Shown: positions 17,381 to 24,741 of the stretch, one piece after another
Numbering within the stretch: position 1 is the stretch's first letter
How the letters are laid out: every line of letters begins with the position of its first letter
Program-made: the position numbers and the translations under genes
The notes under the pieces: model-generated
What the model saw: only the letters and a program-made list of their open reading frames with translations
Databases searched by the model: none
Told to the model about the DNA's origin: nothing
NCBI GenBank assembly: GCA_049970015.1
Contig: JBMFNT010000009.1
Location: 1 to 27,553 of the forward strand
Direction of reading: 5' to 3'
DNA from: Candidatus Micrarchaeia archaeon
Lineage (GTDB): Archaea > Micrarchaeota > Micrarchaeia > CAILAH01
DNA: 27,553 bases

Positions 17381-18340
17381 ATGCTGGAGATAGTTTATTT
17401 GATTGTATTGATACTCTCACTTGCAGTGCTTTCATATTCATCAGAAGAAGTTGTGAAAAGTGCAGTAAAAATATCAAAATTCTTCGGGATAAGAAAGATG
17501 GCCATAGGGCTCATATTAATTGCAATGAGTACCACTTTACCAGAACTATCCATTTCAGTAACATCATCGATTGCAAAAGAAGGAGCAATTGCTGCAGGTA
17601 ATGTGTTCGGTTCAAACATAGCAAATGTGCTCCTAATACTAGGAGTATGTTCCATAACATTTGGGTTTAAGATTAATTGAAAAAACCTTGCAGAATCCGG
17701 CTACTTATTGGTGCTCACCACCATAATATCTGCATACATACTATTCAATAGCACTGTACAATCAACAGCGCTCGGTCTAATGGAAGGTGTTGCACTATTG
17801 CTAATATTCGTGATATATGTTATATATACAATGAAGGAAAGCAAGGAAGCTGGAAAAGAAAATAGCATAACCAAACGTGAAGCTTTGCATGCATTCTTGG
17901 TTTTTTGTGCTGGTATAATTATTGTAATCATAAGCTCCGGTATTGTAGTGGACTCTGCAATCAATATTGTGAAAATGGTTGGCATTACTGAAAGTTTTAT
18001 CGGTTCAACCATAATTGCAATCGGCACCTCTTTGCCCGAGCTTAGCATAGCCATACAATCCACAAGAAAAAGGCATTATGACCTTGCAATCGGCAACATC
18101 ATAGGTAGCAATATGGCAAACATCACGCTCATACTCGGTACGGCGGCAGTCATCGCGCCATTAAACATCAAGCTCTCAGTGTTTATAACTGCACTCATAT
18201 TTGCCATCGTTGCAAACATTCTATTGTTCTATTATGTGGCAATGGCCAGAAAACTGGAAAAGAAAGATGGAATACTATTCCTTGCAACATACCTGCTATT
18301 TCTCATAACAATATTTTTCCTCCAAGCACAGGAAATGTAA
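17381..18340 (+). pseudogene. Ca2+/Na+ antiporter (CaCA/YrbG family) interrupted by one in-frame TGA at 17678-17680
   Basis: Alpha-1 repeat (STTLPEL...GNVFGSNIAN) and alpha-2 repeat (GTSLPEL...GNIIGSNMAN) lie in the same frame: ...FKIN*KNLAESGYLLVL... Confidence 0.85.
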
Positions 18341-18348
18341 GGCTTGAA

Positions 18349-18452
18349 GGCCACGACCGGGAATCGAACCCGGGTCTGGGGATTTCTGCACTACGCTTGG
18401 GGCACTTCTTAAGTGCCACAGTCCCCCATGTTACCATTGCACCATCGTGGCC
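18349..18452 (-). tRNA. tRNA-His(GUG) with encoded G-1 and a 37/38 intron (18384-18415, 32 nt)
   Basis: G-1, acceptor GCCACGA/TCGTGGC and C73; anticodon stem GGGGA/TCCCC with GTG at 18419-18417; T-arm CCGGG-TTCGATT-CCCGG. BHB helix CTGT/GCAG. Confidence 0.93.
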
Positions 18453-18453
18453 A

Positions 18454-18526
18454 TGAGTGGAACGAATGGCCGAGAGTTATCACCGCTCATCTGCTGGTGA
18501 TCTGATCGTGAGTGGAACGAATGACC
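18454..18526. repeat. Direct repeat TGAGTGGAACGAATG(G/A)CC in two copies abutting the tRNA-His 5' end
   Basis: Copies at 18454-18471 and 18509-18526 (period 55). The spacer contains a hairpin, ATCACC...GGTGAT. Confidence 0.85.
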
Positions 18527-18580
18527 AATGGATGTAATTTAAATGCAGAGCAATAAAAATTTATCTACATAAATTATTTT

Positions 18581-19477
18581 ATGTATGGAGGCCAATCCCA
18601 AGAAAAGGCTGGGGAGATTGCAACGGAAGTATTGAGAAATGCTAGGGATCATGTGAAAGAGGGTACAAAAATAGTAGAGATTGCGGACTGGGTAGAAAAT
18701 GAGATATTAACGCTTGGTGGCCAACCGGCATTCCCGTGCAGTGTTGCAGTAAATGAATTTGCTGCCCATAATGTTCCTCTGTACGGAGATGAATCCATCA
18801 TACCAAAAAATGCAATAGTAAAGATTGATTTGGGAGTGCACATAGACGGATACATATGCGACTGCGCAACCACAATAAATTTTAATGATAGATTAAGAAA
18901 CCTTGAACTGGCATCGCTTAATGCACTAAAGGCAGCATGTGAGACAATAAAGGATGGAATCACCATTTCAGAGCTTGGCTCTGTTATACATTCTGCCATT
19001 GAAAGCCAACATGCAGTTCCCATATACAATCTGAGCGGGCACACGCTTGGGCAATATGTTGTACACTCTGGAATAAGTATACATAATGTAAGAAATACAA
19101 GTAATGTGCAGCTTAAGGAGGGGATGGTGGTTGCAATTGAGCCGTTTGCAACCGATGGGAAAGGGTATGTAAAAGACAAGGGGGCTGTTGGTGTTTACAG
19201 CATAAAACAGTTCAGGAATGTACGGAACCCAACAGCAAGAAAGATTATTTCAAAGATAAGTGCAGAGCGCAAGACATTGCCGTTTGCTGAGAGATGGTTG
19301 CACAAGATTGAACCTTCCCAGTTTATGCTGAGCAGAGCGTTTAGGGAAATGCTAGAATTTGATTTGCTTACTTCATACCCGCCGCTGGCTGAGGCTTCCG
19401 GGGGTATGGTCTCACAGCACGAGTGCACTGTGCTTGTAGAGAAAAACGGATGTCACATAATAGGAGGTATGGTATAA
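18581..19477 (+). CDS. map: Methionine aminopeptidase type II
   Basis: AFPC..AVNE.AAH, KIDLGVHIDGYICDCA, NLSGH, AIEPFATDG, LPFAERW and SQHECTV. Confidence 0.96.
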   Translation: MYGGQSQEKAGEIATEVLRNARDHVKEGTKIVEIADWVENEILTLGGQPAFPCSVAVNEFAAHNVPLYGDESIIPKNAIVKIDLGVHIDGYICDCATTINFNDRLRNLELASLNALKAACETIKDGITISELGSVIHSAIESQHAVPIYNLSGHTLGQYVVHSGISIHNVRNTSNVQLKEGMVVAIEPFATDGKGYVKDKGAVGVYSIKQFRNVRNPTARKIISKISAERKTLPFAERWLHKIEPSQFMLSRAFREMLEFDLLTSYPPLAEASGGMVSQHECTVLVEKNGCHIIGGMV

Positions 19478-19495
19478 TACTTATAGGTGGTTATA

Positions 19496-20134
19496 ATGGA
19501 AGAGACATTCATGCTTGACAAAACAGCATTCCTTATCGCAATTACTTTAGGTACAATCATTCTGGTGTTTGGACATCCACAAGGGCTCCAGATGCTTTTT
19601 CTTATGCTTATTTTTCTCATAATCAGCGTGATGGCAACAAGGTATGGAATAAACAAAAAGAAAATGATGTACATATTTGAAGGTGAGAGAGGATGGAAGA
19701 ATGTTATAGCCAATGGCACTATCCCTGCAATGCTTGCAGTGGCATTATACCTGACTGGTGACAAAATATTCCTGCTCGCATACATTGCAAGCATATGTAG
19801 CATAACTGCAGACAAGTTTGCATCAGAGCTTGGAGTGTTTGATGTTCCATTCTTTCTCTGGGGCCTTAAGAAAGTCAAGCCTGGAACCTCGGGGGCAATC
19901 TCTGTCCTTGGGACATTGGCTTCACTGAGCGGTTCATTTATCATATCCCTCTCGGCCAATTACTTGTTAGGGATTACTATAACCCAGGCATTCTTCCTTG
20001 GTCTGATAGGGTTTGTTGGTAGTTTTACTGATAGTGTTTTAGGCGTGCTTGAGGAAAAAGGTATAGGAAACAAGTACACTACAAACTTCGTATGTTCATT
20101 GGTCGGTGCGTTGCTCGTATGGGTTATATTCTAG
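19496..20134 (+). CDS. DUF92 family membrane protein
   Basis: ERGWKNVIANG, ADKFASELG, KVKPGTSGAISVLGT, DSVLG and TTNF. GGTGG RBS precedes ATG19496. Confidence 0.88.
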   Translation: MEETFMLDKTAFLIAITLGTIILVFGHPQGLQMLFLMLIFLIISVMATRYGINKKKMMYIFEGERGWKNVIANGTIPAMLAVALYLTGDKIFLLAYIASICSITADKFASELGVFDVPFFLWGLKKVKPGTSGAISVLGTLASLSGSFIISLSANYLLGITITQAFFLGLIGFVGSFTDSVLGVLEEKGIGNKYTTNFVCSLVGALLVWVIF

Positions 20135-20143
20135 GTGTTTGAA

Positions 20144-21073
20144 ATGTTAAGCTATGATGTAGTTGTTATAGGTGCAGGGCCTGGTGGGGCATCTGCTGCA
20201 ATATATGCAAAAAGGAACGGAACTAAGGTTGTTGTTGTGGATTCTGGGCTTATAGGTGGCCAGCTGTCACTCTCTCATGAGGTGGAGAATTACCTCGGCA
20301 TACCAAGGATGAGCGGACAGGAATGGTCAGAGCTTGTAAAAAAGCACCTTGATTCCATTGACATTCCTGTCATAATAGACAAGGTGGTAGATATAGAGAA
20401 AACTAATACTGGGTTTACACTTACACTCGCCTCATCACAAAAGATTGAGTGTTACGCAGTAGTAATTGCAATTGGCACTGAGCACAGGCACCTGAATGTT
20501 AATGGTGAAAATGAGTTTTTTGGTAAGGGTGTAAGTTATTGCGCCACATGTGATGGGTATTTCTTCAGGGATAAAACAGTTGGGGTAATAGGGGGTGGGA
20601 ATACTGCGCTTGAATATGCATTATTCCTTAAAGACATTGCAAAAAAGGTTTATCTGATACACAGACGGGATGAATTCCGTGCTGAGGAGGTACTTGTAAA
20701 ACGAGTTATGACCGAAACCGGAATAGAGAAGATGATGAACAAAACAGTGGATAGGTTTGAAGGTAATGAAGTACTAAAAAAGATATTTCTAAAAGATGTC
20801 AGGACTGGTGAGATTTCCAGCATAGATGCTGATGGAGTATTTATAGCTGTTGGCACAGTGCCTAACAGTATACATTTCAAGAACATTAGTGTTAAAGTTG
20901 ATGAAAATGGATTCATAATTACCAATGATAAACAGATGACTAACATAAATGGTATTTATGCAGCCGGTGATGTTACAGGTAAAGGTAGGGCACAGGCTAT
21001 AGGTGCGGCTGCCCAGGGAATGATTGCAGGTATTGAGGCCTCGCTATATGTGAAGCAACTCATGAAAAAATGA
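20144..21073 (+). CDS. trxB: Thioredoxin-disulfide reductase
   Basis: GAGPGG, GGQL, VENYLG, GVSYCATCDG, GGGNTA, HRRDEFR and IYAAGDV. Confidence 0.95.
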   Translation: MLSYDVVVIGAGPGGASAAIYAKRNGTKVVVVDSGLIGGQLSLSHEVENYLGIPRMSGQEWSELVKKHLDSIDIPVIIDKVVDIEKTNTGFTLTLASSQKIECYAVVIAIGTEHRHLNVNGENEFFGKGVSYCATCDGYFFRDKTVGVIGGGNTALEYALFLKDIAKKVYLIHRRDEFRAEEVLVKRVMTETGIEKMMNKTVDRFEGNEVLKKIFLKDVRTGEISSIDADGVFIAVGTVPNSIHFKNISVKVDENGFIITNDKQMTNINGIYAAGDVTGKGRAQAIGAAAQGMIAGIEASLYVKQLMKK

Positions 21074-21077
21074 AACC

Positions 21078-21416
21078 TTATGCTATTGAAACTCCTCCAT
21101 CCCTTTTGCTTATTCTTACAACAGTCCCGTTAACTGCTCCTGAGACTTCACAATCAACTTCTTTTACTATGTTATCAACAGTGATTCTTTTCCCATCACC
21201 TTTAACCGCATGCCTATTGTTCAGATCGATTTTAAGCGAGCCAGAGTTTATGCACACAACATTAATACCATGTGCAATAGTATCAGCAGCGCTTCTTGCG
21301 TATAGCCCTTGCATTGCTGAATCAATAACTTCCATAAACCCGTTCATGTACAAATACCATACTCCTATATATACTAAAAAAACAAGGAGCACTATCATAA
21401 GCTCTGTACTTATCAA
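21078..21416 (-). CDS. Small pilin-like membrane-anchored protein
   Basis: TTG start about 8 nt after AGGTG. ISTELMIVLLVFLVYIGVW resembles the S-x-E plus hydrophobic N-terminus of archaeal pilins; lies downstream of a class III signal peptide gene. Confidence 0.6.
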   Translation of the reverse strand: MISTELMIVLLVFLVYIGVWYLYMNGFMEVIDSAMQGLYARSAADTIAHGINVVCINSGSLKIDLNNRHAVKGDGKRITVDNIVKEVDCEVSGAVNGTVVRISKRDGGVSIA

Positions 21417-21434
21417 GCAAAAGGCACCTTCTCA

Positions 21435-21671
21435 TCAATCACATATATTGAGAGTACAGCTGCCACTTTGGCATTCGGAATCAGAACTGCACACTGCACC
21501 CGCTGGCAACAGGCTGCTTGTGTTGCTCACATTCAGTATTGCCATGCTTCTTTCTTCAACCTTTTCCCCTGCTTTTGTTGCAACCTTTTGCAGCTGAGTC
21601 ACAAGTATGAATGCTATGGCAAGAACTGCAGCAAGTATAAGTATCATCTCTATTGAAATCTGGGCTCTCAT
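21435..21671 (-). CDS. Class III signal peptide (pilin-like) protein with Cys-rich C-terminal module
   Basis: MRA/QISIEMILILAAVLAIAFILV fits the R-A/Q-x-S-x-E prepilin motif; C-terminal CSSDSECQSGSCTLNIC. Confidence 0.85.
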   Translation of the reverse strand: MRAQISIEMILILAAVLAIAFILVTQLQKVATKAGEKVEERSMAILNVSNTSSLLPAGAVCSSDSECQSGSCTLNICD

Positions 21672-21692
21672 AGCATAGATTATGTCGCTAGT

Positions 21693-22619
21693 TTATAAAA
21701 ATGTTTCCAAGATGAATATAACATACATTAACAGAAGGATCGCTCCCTCAAACCTGTGCACCCTCCGGTCAAGTATTACTGTAAATAGCATAATAGTTGA
21801 TATTACCAGAAAAGGAAATGAGACTGATATTAATATCTCTGGCACTGCCACAGCGCCCAGAAACCTGGGGATGCTTGCCACCATAAACGCATTGAATATG
21901 TTTGAACCTGTTACGTTCCCTATTGCAAGCTCTATGTTATTTTTTCTTGCTGCCATTGCCGAGACAACAAGTTCAGGGAGTGAAGTACCAACTGCAATTG
22001 CGGTCAATCCAATGAACTCAACACCTATGTTAAGCGCCCTCGATAACTCAACTGCGCTTTTTACTGTGTAATCTGCGGAGATTGCAATCAGTATAACTGA
22101 GATTATGATTAAAGAGATATCCAAATGACTAATCTTGCGGGTGCTTACAACAATCTTTTTGTTCTTGCTCTTGTGCACATCCAGATTGTACCACAAGTAT
22201 ATAAGGTACATGATCATGAAAATCAATGCTTCACCCAAACTAAAAAAGCCATCCCACATCATTACCCCTATCAAGATTGTTGACGCAGCCAGAAACGATA
22301 TTTCTGCATGGAACATGTCCCACCTTATTCTTGTTTCGGTTTTTAGAAACAGCAATGAAATCCCGAGTATAAGCAGTATGTTTGCTATGTTAGAACCAAT
22401 TACATTTGATAGGACAATCTCAGAGTTATTGTTGTAAACTGACATTATGGATGATGCAAGCTCTGGCATGCTTGTACCAACTGCAACTATGGTAACCCCT
22501 ACAATAAAAGAAGGTATACCTATGCCCTTTCCTATTATTTCTGCCTCGTCAGTGAATATGTCCGATGATTTTATGAGCACTGCAATAGAGATTATGAATA
22601 CTAGCAGGGAAACAAGCAT
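21693..22619 (-). CDS. Ca2+/Na+ antiporter (CaCA/YrbG family), intact
   Basis: GTSMPEL...SNVIGSNIAN and GTSLPEL...GNVTGSNIFN; about 10 TM segments. ATG22619 avoids overlap with the divergent gene. Confidence 0.93.
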   Translation of the reverse strand: MLVSLLVFIISIAVLIKSSDIFTDEAEIIGKGIGIPSFIVGVTIVAVGTSMPELASSIMSVYNNNSEIVLSNVIGSNIANILLILGISLLFLKTETRIRWDMFHAEISFLAASTILIGVMMWDGFFSLGEALIFMIMYLIYLWYNLDVHKSKNKKIVVSTRKISHLDISLIIISVILIAISADYTVKSAVELSRALNIGVEFIGLTAIAVGTSLPELVVSAMAARKNNIELAIGNVTGSNIFNAFMVASIPRFLGAVAVPEILISVSFPFLVISTIMLFTVILDRRVHRFEGAILLLMYVIFILETFL

Positions 22620-22660
22620 ATAACACATATAATTTAAAACTTTAAAATATAGTTGTATAC

Positions 22661-23689
22661 ATGGCAAAAAAGAAATTCTTAGATGATGAAATAAAACATA
22701 TTGATGTGAAACGCTTTGATGCTACACCTATAATAGAGCAGTATAAATCGATGGCATTCCAGGCAAGGAATCTGGCGCGCGCTGCACATATATACAACAA
22801 GATGCTTTCCGATAAGAAATGTAGTGTGATATTGTGCCTTGCAGGCTCGCTGTTCAGCGCAGGGCTGAAGAAAACTGTATATGACATGGTAAAAAACAAT
22901 ATGGTTGATTCAATCGTGTCAACAGGTGCAATAATAGTTGATCAAGATTTTTTTGAGGCGCTCGGTTTCAAGCATTATATAGGCACGCCAAGGATTGATG
23001 ATGACGAACTCTACAAGAACCATATTGACAGAATATATGATACGTTTATTGATGAGGATGAGCTCAGGGTGTGTGATATGACAGTTGCAAAAATTGCTGA
23101 CAGCATAGAACCGCGACCATACTCATCAAGAGAGTTCATAAAAGAGATGGGCAGATATTTGGTTGAACATAAGCTTGGGAAGGATTCTGTGGTCCGTGCA
23201 GCATATGAGAAAGGAGTACCTATATTTGTACCAGCATTTTCTGATTGCAGTGCCGGGTTCGGTCTTGTATACCACCAGTGGAACAGGAAAGATAAACCTA
23301 AAGTAACAATAGATTCTGCAAAAGATTTTCTTGAGCTTACAAGGCTAAAGATTGCTGCTGGTGAGACTGGACTGTTCATGATTGGAGGAGGTGTGCCCAA
23401 GAATTTTGCACAGGATGTTGTTGTAGCAGCAGACATACTGAAAAAGAATGTGCCCATGCACAAATATGCAATACAGGTTACAGTGGCTGATGAACGTGAT
23501 GGTGCACTCTCAGGATCTACATTGAAAGAGGCACACTCCTGGGGCAAGGTTGATGAGGGAAATGAACAGATGGTGTTTGCTGAGGCAACTGTTGCAATGC
23601 CACTCATAGTGAGCTATGCATACCATAATGGCAAGTGGAAAAACAGGCCTGTAAGAAACTATAACAAAATGCTTGATACGTGGTCATAG
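22661..23689 (+). CDS. Deoxyhypusine synthase family protein (SpeY-like clade)
   Basis: FQARNL, IDRIYDT, VPIFVPAFSD, IGGGVPKNFAQ and DGALSGSTLKEAHSWGKV (catalytic Lys). Confidence 0.9.
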   Translation: MAKKKFLDDEIKHIDVKRFDATPIIEQYKSMAFQARNLARAAHIYNKMLSDKKCSVILCLAGSLFSAGLKKTVYDMVKNNMVDSIVSTGAIIVDQDFFEALGFKHYIGTPRIDDDELYKNHIDRIYDTFIDEDELRVCDMTVAKIADSIEPRPYSSREFIKEMGRYLVEHKLGKDSVVRAAYEKGVPIFVPAFSDCSAGFGLVYHQWNRKDKPKVTIDSAKDFLELTRLKIAAGETGLFMIGGGVPKNFAQDVVVAADILKKNVPMHKYAIQVTVADERDGALSGSTLKEAHSWGKVDEGNEQMVFAEATVAMPLIVSYAYHNGKWKNRPVRNYNKMLDTWS

Positions 23690-23857
23690 CTTGTAGCCTA
23701 TCTTCCTTAAGAAATCGTACCTCTCTTCAACTCATAGTGAGCTATGCATACCATAATGGCAAGTGGAAAAACAGGCCTGTAAGAAACTATAACAAAATGC
23801 TTGATACGTGGTCATAGCTTGTAGCCTATCTTCCTTAAGAAATCGTACCTCTCTTCA
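23602..23857. repeat. Exact 128-bp tandem duplication spanning two convergent gene ends
   Basis: 23602-23729 equals 23730-23857. Confidence 0.95.
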
Positions 23858-24300
23858 GCATCTTCCTCAGTCTCAATACCTAAAGGAGAGCTTCCATCTA
23901 TGACACCAAGTATACCCCTTCCCTGCTCGCTTTCAGCAATAACAACCTGTAGAGGGTTTGCTGTTGCCACATACACCCTGCACACCTCGCTCACATTTTT
24001 TACTGCATTAAGAACATTAACTGGGTAGCTGTTCTTGAGAAAAATGAGAAATGTATGCCCTGCACCTATCTTCATGGCCTCTTCACACGCCTTCTCCACC
24101 AGGTAAGGGTCATTTCCTTCTGAGCGTATTAACCGTTTCTGGCTGGCCTCACAGAATGCAATGCCGAACTGTATGCTTGGGGCGCTTTCTATAAGCGCCT
24201 CGTATAGATCTTCAACCGTCTTTATAAAATGTGCATGGCCAATTATAACATTACAACCGTCAGGAATGTTCACGCTAACAAGTGATATCGCAACATCCAT
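23812..24300 (-). CDS. Adenosine-specific kinase family protein (DUF355)
   Basis: [61 protein letters not shown] and FLRKIGYK. Confidence 0.92.
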   Translation of the reverse strand: MDVAISLVSVNIPDGCNVIIGHAHFIKTVEDLYEALIESAPSIQFGIAFCEASQKRLIRSEGNDPYLVEKACEEAMKIGAGHTFLIFLKNSYPVNVLNAVKNVSEVCRVYVATANPLQVVIAESEQGRGILGVIDGSSPLGIETEEDAEERYDFLRKIGYKL

Positions 24301-24321
24301 GCATAAATATCTGCATTTAAG

Positions 24322-24330
24322 TTTTAAATA
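24322..24330 (+). promoter_or_regulatory. Putative TATA box between the divergent DUF355 gene and tRNA-Ala
   Basis: TTTTAAATA lies about 30 nt upstream of tRNA-Ala and about 22-30 nt from the opposite-strand ATG24300. Confidence 0.45.
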
Positions 24331-24359
24331 ACTCATCTGTATAACAAAATGTTCAGAAT

Positions 24360-24464
24360 GGGCCGGTAGATCAACGGTAGATCGCCACCTTGGCGTGGTG
24401 GAGGCTGCGGGTTCAAAACGCTCTTTATCATATTATCGAAGGTGTGTAAATCCCGTCCGGTCCA
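24360..24464 (+). tRNA. tRNA-Ala(GGC) with a 59/60 T-loop intron (24418-24450, 33 nt)
   Basis: Acceptor GGGCCGG/CCGGTCC with G3-U70 and A73; D-stem GATC/GATC; CCACC-TTGGCGT-GGTGG; T-stem GCGGG/CCCGT. Relaxed BHB helix TTCA/TGTA. Confidence 0.93.
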
Positions 24465-24741
24465 TTTTTCACTTTTCAGATTCCCTCACCAGGTGTGGGA
24501 CAAAATTAGATTCCAATCTTCATGTATAATAAGATAAACTGTTTTTCAATATTTTTAAAGAATCATGGAAATGGAAAAAAACAATTACTACTGTCTGGCA
24601 TAATTTATTCAATCTTTATTCTCCTTAATTCTGTCCCAGAGCCAAGCCGTTTATCTGCAATTACTTGCTTATCCTTTTATGCCCTGTTTGATAAATTCTT
24701 TTAACACTAGATTTATATATTAAATATTAGTATATTTAGTC

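Noticed and set aside
17678..17680. Genome-wide TGA reassignment or selenocysteine insertion
   Set aside because: TGA ends pyk, trxB, bud32, the beta-CASP gene and the 618-aa gene (ATGA overlap) at plausible positions, and the site is a transporter loop rather than a redox centre.
24465..24741. Small ORF 24522-24704 or a pseudogene in the AT-rich gap after tRNA-Ala
   Set aside because: No recognisable motif or RBS, and the minus-strand frames I read contain stops; only a short imperfect hairpin near 24482-24500 is visible.
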